64,000 nt of DNA from assembly GCA_028023455.1 (NCBI GenBank), contig JAQFVV010000001.1, positions 19,964,001 through 20,028,000 on the forward strand. The letters run 5' to 3'. Within the stretch, counting starts at the first letter, position 1, and each line of letters starts with the position of its first letter. Below are positions 1 to 12,400 of the stretch, in pieces. The notes under the pieces were generated by a model. That model did not search any database, was not told where the DNA came from, and saw nothing but the letters and a program-made list of their open reading frames with translations. Source of the DNA: Epiperipatus broadwayi (taxonomy: Eukaryota; Animalia; Onychophora). The position numbers and the translations under genes are program-made.

Positions 1-523
1 CTGTGGTCATGTCTAATTCTTTATTATTTGATTTCATTTTAAATTTATGTCATATCCTATGCCATTATTTCAAAGCAGGGAGAATTAATATAAATCTTTG
101 GGGAGAAATTATTAGAAGGTCTCCAGTAAAATGTTTCATTGCTTTTTTAGCAAACATAATTGCTGCTTTGAAATCTATTCACATATAACAACAGACTGAT
201 ACATGGTCATTGTTATGTATTAGTTAAATAATGGCCAGAGGTGATATTGCGAGCATATTTATAATTATTATAAAGCCCAAAATATGCTTTTCCCTCCCTA
301 GTTAATTATAAAAGAATATATACAGATTCTATTTATTAAAACTAGATTGTTATTAATGAATCCATCTTAGCATGATTAGGATATGCTAATTTGAAAACTG
401 GGTCAAGGTAGTTTTTGCTGAACAAAACTATAGAATTTTGCGCATTTACATTTGTCTATAATATTAGTATTATTTATAAGCACTATGAATGTGTTTTTAC
501 TAAACACTATTGTGTATTATACC

Positions 524-625
524 TTGCTATGCTTTCTTTAAATGGGCTCATGGTGATAGCCACCCATTGTTTGGTTTGGATAGCTAGACTTCTAGACCTG
601 GAACATGAGGTCCAGAGCCATGTTT
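524..625 (+). repeat. Short dispersed repeat (second copy at 4125-4223)
   Basis: Shared TTTAAATGGG, AGCCACCC and TAGA.CTGGAACA.GAGG.TCCAGA.CCATGTTT. Confidence 0.6.
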
Positions 626-837
626 TCAGCTGCTTCGACACACTGACATAAATGTTCTTTATTGCACTAGCAAGTCATACAGTCCAAGGAAACTGAGCAC
701 TAGATAATGAATCCATGAATAGTTTATATATTTGTAGAGCAATCTTAAATTTAATAATTAGCACCATAGTCTCAGAAGCCCAGCTATGGCAACCAGTATG
801 TTCTGCCTATTAGTTAATTTTGGTATTGGTCAGAACC

Positions 838-1100
838 TGAAATCTGCTTTGCCAAAAGAATCTATATTTGAGCTTATTAATTGCTCACTGATAGTAATTA
901 GAATTAGCAAGTTAATGTTTTATATTATATCATCTTGGTAAGGGTTAACCTAATGCTCACAAACCTTAAATATATGAAATCTGCTTGGCCAAAGGAATCT
1001 ATATTTCTGCTTATTAATTGCTCACTGATAGTAATTTAGAATTAGCAAGTTAATGTTTTACATTATATCATCTTCGTAAGTGTTAACCTATTGCTCGCAA
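838..1100 (+). repeat. Tandem duplication, period ~137 bp
   Basis: TGAAATCTGC...TGCTC(A/G)CAAA at 838-963 and 975-1100, with few substitutions. Confidence 0.92.
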
Positions 1101-1532
1101 ATGTCAAATATAGTTGGTGTAACATATAGGCATGAGTCTTGATTGTATATAGTAATATATATAAAGTGCATTATCATTAAGATGAAATTTCTGTACTGTA
1201 ATTATCTCATCATTGTTGTAATGCCTGTGTGCATAAAACTGCAAAACCAATGCATATTTTTCTGTTTCTTATATATAATCAATTTGTTTAATTTTGTTTG
1301 TTAAAGATATTTAAATTTAATATTATTTAGTGTCTCTCACAATCCATTGCAAATCAAATCCAAATCAAGTCTCAGTTAAACATAATATAATTTTATTAAT
1401 ATATATATATATATGCATTATGTTAGTAAGCCATAAGTGTTGATATGTCTCTTTTATATTTATTATTATTAAATTATTAATTATCCCACTGAATCTTATG
1501 TTCCACCCTTTTCTCAGCCATCTTGCAAATTA

Positions 1533-1710
1533 AATTGAGACTGAATGTAACCTCATATATGTCATCCATAGGATATTGAATCATGGACCACTGATAAATA
1601 AGTTGAAGTATGGTCAGATTTGAGGTCTCAACCCCTCATTTTAATCAGCTTTGGTGTAATTTACCTGAACTCTGGATTTTGTTGCATGAATGTCAAATAT
1701 GACCATTACA
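1533..1710. repeat. Dispersed repeat terminus, copy 1 (copy 2 at 4926-5104, which ends ATTACA|ATAT)
   Basis: Shared AAATTGAGAC, GTAACCTCA, AAGTTGAAG, TCAGCTTT.GTGTA.TTTACCTG.ACTCT, CATGAATGT and CATTACA. Confidence 0.8.
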
Positions 1711-2034
1711 TAGGTAACACAAGATAAAAGTATTTCAAGATTGATCACTGAGTATGATATCTTTTGCAGTAATACGATCATCTCATATTACAAAGAAGGT
1801 TGTGTGTGTGTGTGTTAGTATGTTTTTGTTATCAGTGCAGTGAAATTCATTAAAGTATCATAGTGAATTAATCTGGGGTCATACTCATTTAATAAATAAT
1901 GCTAGAACGTTATGTGCATTTATCATTTTAAAAATATCTCACTCAGCTTAGTCAGCCAAATCCCAGATTGTGACGATGGCAGGGGATTTTACTAATCATT
2001 ATTCAATTATGCCTATATATATTGTGCCCTTTTG

Positions 2035-2054
2035 TATATATATATATATATATA

Positions 2055-2101
<47 letters not shown>
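2035..2101. repeat. (TA)n microsatellite, longest of many in the window
   Basis: Direct reading; one interruption near 2056. Confidence 0.97.
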
Positions 2102-2939
2102 CAAATGTAAAATTATTTTCCACCAAGATCATGAAGCAATTTATTAAATAATATGGAGATAAACTTAAAAAAAGATAGCTAAAGCTTAACAATATTTTAT
2201 TAAATTTATTGCCCATATTATTAATTAATTATCCACTATATATATATATATATATTGAAACTGCATATTCCTGACCTCATATACATTTCACCCATTTCCC
2301 CCCACAACACCATCAGTGCTGGATTTAAATTGTCTCTGAGTACATGTATATAAGCATCAATACAGTTAAAAAGGTATCACCACACATATATATATGTGGA
2401 CAAACGACTGTAATATCAGTTTATATATATATATATTACAGCATATATATATATATTATTTTAAAATAATATATTTTGTCTTATAGATTTTATTTTGTTA
2501 AAAAAAGTCAATTTACTATTTTTACACTTCAAATCATGTGTCTACACACGACCATGATATATATAGAGAGAGCAATATTATTTAAAAGTTCTCATGATTC
2601 TTAATTTTAACCTTAAATAAGTTGTAAACAAAAGTCACCCTAGGCATATCTGTTTTAGCACAGCTGGCTGAGGCAATTTACACTTTTATTAAGTAATGAT
2701 ATTTTTTCAATAATTTATAATTTTTGTAAACAAGATTTGCTGAATTGAAACTATTGCATAGTCAGTAGAGATTTAAAATGGTCAAGTTTAGTTACAAACA
2801 TTCTATTAAAAATTAACAGGTAGGTTTAAATTAATTAAGTTATAAAATTTCAGAGGGTGCTAAATAATTCTCAAGCAGTAAATAATCTTGTTGCCAGCAA
2901 GGTGTTCTAACCTTTGAATTATATAAATAGCCAATATCG

Positions 2940-3330
2940 ATCAGCAAGAATATATATTATCAATCTAAAAAAGCATTATCACCAGTTTCCACACCAGTTT
3001 CATCTTTAATATGGCAGAGTAGAGTCATTATATTTGGCATTTTTCCTGAAGGGAGATGGCAATCTTTAGTCCCATTCCATATGCCTAACAGCCTGTCATC
3101 ATCACTGTAGAGCTGGGAAACCTTCAACAATAGTCTGCCACAAAAATATCATAGTTTAAACCATGTGACCTATCCAGATCCAAAATGCCGCTACATATGC
3201 CATCTGATGTGCCTGAATCACAAGATGCAACCAAAAAGATCAATAATATTCTTTCAAAGCACTTCAGAGCTCTTAAATCACTTCTTAATCTTTAAACTTT
3301 AATATTAAAGATTAGCTTATTTAATATAAT
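2940..3330 (-). mobile_element. Possible ancient LINE RT fragment
   Basis: Minus-strand QLYSDDDRLL (YADD-like) followed by an EKCQI-like block. GC is above background. Confidence 0.25.
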
Positions 3331-3847
3331 AAATGTTCAATCTTATTTCTTGAAACTTACCTAATATCATGTTTATAATGTAAAATAATTTATTCCTCTA
3401 ATCTATAAATAACTGCAATCAGTTATGATGTAAATTTCTTAAAACTGCAGTCATGCCCATATTTATGGTTTTAATTATTTTATCTAAATTTATTATATAT
3501 GTTATAATGTGTCAATATTTTGAGATAACGAATACTAATTGTTAATGAACTTTCAATGAAGATAATTAAAATTTCCATTTTAAATATATTAAAAATGCTA
3601 CTTAGCATCTTCAATTGCTGTTTTGAAATCCTATCTTAGATAGACAATAACCGATTACTATGTGCTCATTATTATTGCTATTTTATAATTGTGTTATATT
3701 TCACAAGGGTTTGCTTAATCATTTATTATAACTGATGACCTTTAAATAGCTGTTAGTTAGAAGATGTGCTAGCTAGAGATGATATTAAAGTGTAATTGTT
3801 AATGTTTATTAATGGCAATCAAATATACATTCCCTCCTTAATTGAAA

Positions 3848-3962
3848 TTATATATATGCAGATTCAGTATTTTAAATTAGGTTATTACTTTATGCTATTT
3901 TTGTTATATATATGCAGATTCAGTATTTTAAATTAGGTTATTACTTTATGCTATTTTTGTTA
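3848..3962 (+). repeat. Perfect 56-bp tandem duplication
   Basis: TTATATATATGCAGATTCAG...CTATTTTTG occurs at 3848 and 3904. Confidence 0.95.
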
Positions 3963-4257
3963 GCATAATTATAATGCTAGTTTAAGAACTGGGTTGTGTT
4001 AATTTAGCAGATAGAAGTTATCTGTTTTTAGGCACAATTAATTAATTATATGTATACATACTGATATTTTGCTTGCATGTTGCGAGGGTGTCTTTACAAA
4101 AGTACACATCTGTACATTTACATGTTGCTGCACCTTTTTAAATGGGGACCAGCCACCCCATGCCTTAATTCTGATACAGCTATATTTATTAGAACTGGAA
4201 CACGAGGATCCAGACCATGTTTGTAAAACCTATCTGAATTCCTAAACTTATCTGTTC

Positions 4258-4289
<32 letters not shown>

Positions 4290-4925
4290 ATGTGTGTGTG
4301 TATGTGAATCTAAAAGTAACTAGTTCTTTTCCTCCTTATTAATTAAATATTCAGCATTAGACTGACACTTGAATCTTTGTTACCAGGTTGAGTCTGCATT
4401 ATCTTGAGCTTGTTTATGCACTCACACCATTAATATATATAACAACCATCTTAGCACTGTATGTAGTCATCATCTAGCTAGGTTATTGTCTTGAACATTA
4501 GAAAACCAATGCAAAATCAGATTGGCATATTAAATGATTATATGCATGATTTCTTAACTGTACATACACCTATTATAATGTGTTAGGAGGAGACCACTGT
4601 ATTGATAAATCTCATCCACTATGCAACACTTGCATGCATGGATCACACATACTTAACACTGTATAATCCTTGTCACTTTCTTTTACTTGATTTTATGTTA
4701 TTGTTTTAATAAACCAGTTTAAAATATAAAATTTGTTTCATATCTTTCTTGCTTATATTTCTATTTCAATCCAATCCATATTATCTTATTCCAATTCCTT
4801 CATGATTTTATATGTTGAATATGCTGGTTTAATTAAGTAACTAGCATGTTAGTAGTTTACTTTAAACTTTGAGATAAATTGCTAATTCCCCTTGAGTCTC
4901 CTTGTTCAAAGCTGGTTCACAGAAG

Positions 4926-5104
4926 AAATTGAGACCCATTGGTAACCTCAGAAATGTCAAACATAAGTGTTATATTTTGAAGTACTGGTGAAGAAGTTGA
5001 AGCTTGGTCAAATTCGGGATCTCGACATCACCTTCTAGTCAGCTTTAGTGTATTTTACCTGGACTCTAAATTTTGTTACATGAATGTGCAAATCTGACAT
5101 TACA
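4926..5104. mobile_element. Dispersed repeat terminus, copy 2; LTR-like ACA end against (AT)n
   Basis: Homologous to 1533-1710. It ends ...GACATTACA immediately before ATATAT. Confidence 0.65.
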
Positions 5105-5175
5105 ATATATATATATATATATATATAGCTTGGTTTTACTTTTATGAGATATAAATAAATAATAATTTTGTCACA

Positions 5176-5869
5176 TTTTTATTTACCATTGTCAAACTCA
5201 CTCTACTCACAACTTTGACACCATCCACCTCAGATAAATAGAATAATGATTATTACAAATCATTTTCTAAACTAGAGATTATCTCTAGCATTATCTCTGG
5301 CACAGATATAAACTTTAAACCTCAGTTAAAGATTAATATATCTGATTTTTTTAATTTTAAACATACACACATGGAGTTATGCACCTTCCCCATGTGTAAT
5401 ATCTTTATAGATATATTAAACAACCTCCATACTTCCCCATTCTTTTTTAAATTCACATAAAATAAAGATACACTAAAAGACATGACCTCCAAGATGCATT
5501 TCGTGCTGAATCAGCATTCATCAGTTGGCCCAGGTCACTATCTACCATATATATCTCTATTATATAAAGTGTATTTATCTATAGTAAATTGTTATATTTT
5601 TATTTATCATTGTCAAAATCACTCCACTCCCAACTTTGACACCATCCACCTCAGATAAATACAATAATGATTATTACTAATCATTTTCTAAACTAGAGAT
5701 TATCTCTAGCACAAATATAAACTTTAAATCTCAGTTAAAGATTAATATATCTGATTTTTTTAATTTTAAGCATACACACATATGAAGTTATTTACATTTC
5801 TCTTTCCCATACGTAATATCTTTATAGATATATTAAACAACCTCCATACTTCCTCATTCTTTTTAAAAT
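5176..5869 (+). repeat. Direct duplication of ~275 bp (5176-5452 and 5596-5869)
   Basis: High-identity blocks such as CAACTTTGACACCATCCACCTCAGATAAATA and TAATATCTTTATAGATATATTAAACAACCTCCATACTT. Confidence 0.92.
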
Positions 5870-7072
5870 TTTGGCTATTCATGTTGAATTATTATTAGGT
5901 GAAACCAAAAGAAAATGATCTGATTGTTGCACTCATGCGGAAAATCATATCTACATTAGATTATTAACATGTAAATTCTTACTGCACTAGTTATAAGATA
6001 ACATTTTAGTTAAGTTTATATTCTTAATTAATATAAAGTTGAATTATCTAAGAATGACTATTTTTTTATTTGAATTTAATACAGTACTTCAATTTTTATA
6101 GTTTTATTAGTTTTGATTTGAACGGCTTTTATTCACAAATGCCAAAGTGTCAAATTAAAAAAAAAAAGTTTTGAAAATTTTAACATTAGATAAAAGCATG
6201 AGGTGGAAAAATTGTTTTACCTTGTGTGTTAAGTCATGCAACACCTCTTCTAAAAATAGCTACAAAAAATATATTTTTTAAATGCATCAATATTTCACTT
6301 TGATCTCAAAATTAGAAGAAAAAAAAAAAAGTTGAACCACATAGTTACAAATGCTATTATTTCTGTTAAAATCAAATAATAATATATTTGTGTTAATACA
6401 ATGTTATTAATAAAAAAAAAATTAAAATAAATTAAAACTAATAAAAATAATATCAAATATTATATAACTGAATTATAATAATAAAAAAATTAATGTAAAT
6501 GTGATAGATCAGTATATTAAATTTACACTATATTTATTACTATAGCTTTTATTGTTATTATGATTAGACGTTTAACTAAAAACCCTTATAAAAGTCTTAT
6601 CAACAGATATAGGATCACTCATAATTGTTGTGATTAGTGACTTCAGATTTGATAATTAACAATCTTTGGCTTAATTACCTGAAACAAGAAGAAACTATCA
6701 GCAACATATTTTGTGGCAGTCCAATTTATAAATATAATGAAAACATTTAACAACTTAATAAATCTTTAGTCTTTCTGCATTTTAAATATAGAAATACATA
6801 AAGTTAAGTCCTAAAAAATGATGATAAAGTTAGTTGCTTTGATCTTTATAAAAGAAAATTAAATCATTATATCATAAGGTATATCTAAATATTGAAACAT
6901 AAATGGGTATATCAGCAAAAAATTTGTAATACAGAGATACATAAAAATAAAATGCATTAATCATGAAACTGATTTTTTTTTAGATTTATCATTAAGTTGT
7001 TTTTTTTTTAAATGGTGCTGCAAACTTTTGTAAAATAAGTGAAACAATATCTGAATTTTTTGTCTTAATGTA

Positions 7073-7111
7073 GATGATGATGATGATGTGATAATAATGA
7101 TGATGATGATG

Positions 7112-7189
<78 letters not shown>

Positions 7190-7198
7190 GTTGTTGTT
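7073..7198. repeat. Compound trinucleotide microsatellite (ATG)n-(ATA)n-(ATG)n-(ATT)n-(GTT)n
   Basis: Direct reading; it explains the poly-M/poly-I ORF 7088-7366. Confidence 0.97.
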
Positions 7199-9772
7199 TT
7201 AAAGATGGAAGCAATTTCTAGTGATAATAGAAATAATATTTTTCCAAAATGGAGTGCTCAATATCATATTACTATCCTAATAAGAAAGTCCATTTGCATC
7301 ATTGTTTATTGGAGACAATATTTTACTTTTAGACTAAGAAAAAATATGATCAAAAGAATTAAGTGATAACATTACTCAAAATAATTTATACTACTGAATT
7401 TACAACATGACTTTCATTAACTAAAGACAAAGATTTTTTTACAGACAGTACATGAAAATCAATATCAAGTGAATGTAGAAAGAATTCAAAAATTAATTTA
7501 TAAAGTTACTTATAAAGGAATAATTGCAGTAAGTAAATTAGAAAAACAAAAGACAAATCGTTTTTTTTTTACCACAATCAAAACAATAGTAAAAAAATTG
7601 AAGCAATGTTTTAGATCCTGAACAAATATACACTGAGAAGGATATAGATTTAGTTTGTGAATATATTTAAACTATTTTGTTGATAAAAATTGCTGCAGCC
7701 TAAAAAAAAGGGGTTGTGTTTAATACAGATTTATTTATGGTTTGACTCCTATGAGTTGAAATTCAGGTTTCATTTAAAGATTTCAAAAAAATACTTGACT
7801 TAGAATAATGTTCAGTATGCTAACTAATAAAAACTAAAAAACTTTTTGTGAAATCTTAAATATGAAGAGAAAGCATTAGCATATATTGGTATAATAAACA
7901 AAGAATTTGTTAAATAAAATGATTTTAATAAAACATAAATGCATAATGTTGTCACTATAACTATAATATTAAGACTAGTGCAAGATGAGAATTATTTTGA
8001 ACTATGTTTTGTTAAATAAGAATTGAAAAAAAAAGGCAAATCAGTTATTTATAAACATATAACTTAAAAATGAAAAAAATAATTAGATATTTTATTTATT
8101 TATTTTATTCTATAAATAGATACAATAATTCAAGAATAACCTTTTTATTAAATATATGTGCAACTACATTTCCATTCTTTAGTTATATGCACAGAAATTT
8201 TGATTCAAAACTATCTTTTGTACACTATTTACATAAGCATTCAAATTATACACAACCTTTAAATTGTAAATGCTATAATGAAAATAAATTTATCATGATT
8301 GTGATTCTTATATGAGGCAACACAATCAATAATTTATTATTTTAAAATAAGATTGGGACAGGAGTGGGCTAGGTTACAATGCCTGGAAATTGGTGATGCA
8401 AACATATGTAAATCAACATAAATAATATTATCAAAGTGAGAAAAAAGTAATAGTAATAAATGTAATCTTTTTTTTAGAAAAATAAAATATTAAAACTCAT
8501 TAAAATTGATTATTCATAATGTGACTATACAATTATACTTGTAATTAAGAAATTGTTAACATTTAATATAAATATACTTGTTCTTATAGAAACAAAATGT
8601 AATTTGGCCTTTTTTTTCTTTTTGAAATTTCTAAATAAATCAGTAAAAGGCAATTATGTTAAAGATTATTTTTAAAACAATGATATATCTACCCATCTTA
8701 CCAAATTCAAAGTTAAATTGAAAAAAATTATAAAAATAAAAAATTTTTCTTGTTGAATAAAGTTATTGCATAAATAAATATAAAAGGGTTTTTTTTTTTT
8801 TTTACACATTTGTAGGTACAAAATAAATTGTTGCTCAACATGATTGACAAATTAGTGAAATCTATTTACTATCAAAAATTCAATGATAATATTTTATAAA
8901 TACTTTATTTATACAGAGAAATATTTTTAAAAAATTGATATTTCCATGCTCTAAACAGTAGCATATTATGACTTATTTTTTTGTTAGATATTCAATCTAT
9001 TAAAAAAAAAAAAAAATGAATGTTACATTAGCACTTGATGGGTTGAGCGGTTGCAGCAGCTGATTCATTGAAATTTTATTTTCTTTTTTAAACTGTGCAA
9101 AAACTATAAGCATGATGTCAATAGAAATTCTGGAATTCATTGCTGCTTAAATCCCTCTTTAAAATAGTGTAGCACAAATTGAAATTATATAAAATTTGAT
9201 TTTTTTATTAATATTTTTATTAATAGATGCATTTTTTTTTCTTTTCTGGTCATTTTACTAGATTATAAGAAGATGACAAAGGCAAAATTGCTTTATCAGC
9301 CAGAGTCATTACTAAAATGGATTAAAAATATGCTGATGATTTGCATTTCAAGGTCTTCAATGTGATAAAAACATAAATGCAGAATATTGGTTGAAAATAT
9401 TCAATTTTAATTTTTTAATTATTTGATAAATGGTATAATTTATTAATGTGTTTGGATTTGTATTGATATATATGTGTAGTATATAAATTATGTAATAAAT
9501 CATTTATATTCTTTATTATACAGTATATAAATTTGTATTCAAATATAACAAAAGTGGTTTGTGTATAATGTAATTTTGGGTTTCTAGTCCAAGTTTAAGG
9601 CAATCTTATTTTACAGACATGATTCTCAAAAGATTAAACAATTTATTAATATGTTTATATTTGTATTAGTGTATTTGTGTCTGCACTTGCATGTTTGTGT
9701 TTGTATAACAAGTAATGATTTACATATATAGAGCAGTGCAATGTAGATTTTAAGATTGATTATCAGATGTAC

Positions 9773-10260
9773 AGAAAGGTTGCAGTTGATAAAACAATCA
9801 CAAAATTTACTAGGCATAATAGCATGTGAAAATATAAACACTTAAAATCAATAAAGAGAGATTTCAAGTGCTGTGCGTGTGGTGATAGCCACAATGGTTA
9901 TGTATATACCACATGGAAATTGTATGCAGGGAAAGAATCAAATTCTGAATCTTACCTATGCCTTGATACTCATGCTGTGGAATCAGCAGTTTCGTCACAT
10001 CTTGCCTCATATTACTTTCAAGTCTATAGCTAGAAACTGAGCTATATGCAAATAAATTATATCTCTGTGAGATGATAAATATAACAAAATAGAAATGCTG
10101 GTATGTATAAAGAATATAAACATCATTGGTATACACAATAATATAAAATAAAGAGATGAAATTTATTTTATCATTGATACAGACACTAGCCTACAATTTC
10201 TAGTTTTAGATAGACAAGAAGCCAATTGCTATGATGACAAATGCATATCCCCCTTCTGGA
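9773..10260 (+). pseudogene. piggyBac-family transposase fragment (decayed)
   Basis: One frame from 9773 reads RKVAVDKTITKFTRHNSM*KYKHLKSIKRDFKCCACGDSHNGYVYTTWKLYAGKE. This parallels the piggyBac VDE..KFKGR.SMKQY...KPIKRGFK.W...DS.NGY......Y.GK block. A later block, *IDKKPIAMMTN near 10210, resembles W.DKK.V.MLST. No TTAA/TIR ends recognised. Confidence 0.72.
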
Positions 10261-10879
10261 AATGATTAATCTTTTTCATATAGATGCCTTTGAGATTTGT
10301 TAACTTTTAGATTATAAGATGAAAATGAAGAATTCTTATGTGACTAGTTTTGGAGATTCTGAAGCTATGGATTATCTCAGGTAAAAAGTATTATATATGG
10401 TTTGAATAAAAATTTTGTGAGGAATACAAAGAAATTAGAAATTATGAACAAACAATAAAGTAATAATTATTTCAGATCTTGAATTTTTTTTTCTTATTTT
10501 TTAGATGATAATCACTATATGTCTTAGCCTTATTGTTTTCCTTAGTTTGTTTAGTTTCTATCAATGTAAAGCTTTTTTCTCTAACCTTAATAAAACGGAA
10601 GTTATTGTGAAAATTGTCTAAACTCGGTTTTTAAAAAAATTCAATATGGCTCCAGGACCTTTAACTAGTTAAATATGCATATTATTAGACTAACAATGCT
10701 AAGTGCTATTCCAATAAATTGGTAGTAAATTGATAATAAACATTCTTTAGAAGCAATTGCTACTCATACAATTTTCAGCAGCTCCTAAAACACTAATCTT
10801 GCAAATTTGTATTTTAATGCCTGTTGAATTAGAGAAGAGTGACGTTTTTAAACGATTATGTATAATAAAAAGTATGTTG

Positions 10880-11800
10880 TAAATTTTATCAAGAAGAAGA
10901 ATCATAACTGTTTTGTTGACAGTGATTAATTATTGGAAAATTAATAGCATCCATAGTTTGTAAGAACAACAAAATTAATGGAGTGCCCTAACTGATATAA
11001 AAGCTGAATCAAAAATTCAATAAATAATTAAAAAACTCAAAACTTTATTGGATGATTAAAACTACAAAAAAGATATAGTCATTTTATAATTTGTCACATG
11101 TAAAGTAACACATGAACCTGAAAAATCATATCTTAGACCTAATACATCATTGGAGAGCATCATTTTGGTTGATAAAAATGATACTATGAACAAGTGGAGA
11201 AAGTATTTTGATTTTTTTAAAAATTCAGATGGAGATTTTGATAAAATTAAAACAGCTATAATATCTCATGGAATACATGAAGAAATACATGGATAATGAA
11301 GTAAAGCCATCTGATTTAAGACTGCTTTTATTATTCTGAGATAAATAAAAAAAGTATATAGAAAAGATTGTGATGATTATCATGTAATACAAATATTAAT
11401 TCATTATAGTGAATAAACTTTGAAGATATGTTGTTTTTGCTCATAGAAGAGTGACTAATGTATTTTTGGAAAAATTAAAAAGCTGCAAAGAAAGTGATTT
11501 TATTAGACAAATGCAAAAAAAGGGGTGTCATGAGCAAAGATGTATTTCTATATTGCTGTATAAACTTGATCAAGACATTTGCCTTAAATAATTGAAATTT
11601 GTATCAATAATAAGGTGTATTTTCTATATTATTTCGCTTCTACATAATAGCAGAAAATATTATTACTAGAGTTAAAAATCTGAGGCATTATTAATGACTG
11701 ATGTAATATGGGAATGTGTACTTTTCCCCAACAATTGTTTTTGCATGTTTATAATGGGAAACATAGAATAGTTTTTAGATGATTCTAATATACTAGTCAT
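10880..11800 (+). mobile_element. Decayed RTE-like non-LTR retrotransposon, reverse transcriptase region
   Basis: Fragments NDTMNKWRKYFD (~11177, cf. RWKEYF) and KKVYRKDCDDYH (~11350, cf. KKGDRKDCNNYR). GVxQG-like and C-terminal PRQLF-like remnants are also visible. Many stops. Confidence 0.5.
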
Positions 11801-12400
11801 ACAAGCATGTAATAATGAAGTTTTTAAAAAATACACAATTTCTAGGTTTATAGCATTGTGATAATAATGTTATTCATGCAGATTTAAAAAATAATTAAAA
11901 CAATAATTTTAATAATTGATGTGCAAAATATAAAATTTTGGTTTTCTAATGTTTTTCCTAACTGCATAAAAACAACGTACAATTGCAGCATATAACAATT
12001 TAAAATATAATGTTTCATAATAGTGATATAATTTTTACAAACTACCAATAATAGTAAGGTAATACAGCTATGATTATGGTATGCATTACAGAAAGCATGC
12101 TCAACATGAATAAAGTCAATTTTTTAAATAACATGTCTATCTTTTCTTTAGAAATATCTGAACATTTATATGTTTAAAATTATAAACAAATATGTAAATA
12201 GAGTTGCTATTTTTCCAAATTTATTTTTCAGTAATGAAACATGATCTCTCCATCAACTTAACATACACATATTTATGAACAATTTCATGTTCACAAATTC
12301 AACTTACTGAATGCAATAATTTTAAATCTACTATTATAATGACAAATCTTTATTAGGTAAATATATAGACTGATGACTAATGATAATAAGTATCCTAGAC

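Noticed and set aside
2013-2216. Short ORFs with YIYIYI runs (also 25099-25299, 27250-27450, 45951-46133)
   Set aside because: These are (TA)n-derived low-complexity frames. The other 60-100 aa I/L/F/K-rich ORFs are expected by chance in AT-rich DNA.
7088-7366. 92-aa ORF with poly-Met/poly-Ile
   Set aside because: It is the translation of a trinucleotide microsatellite.
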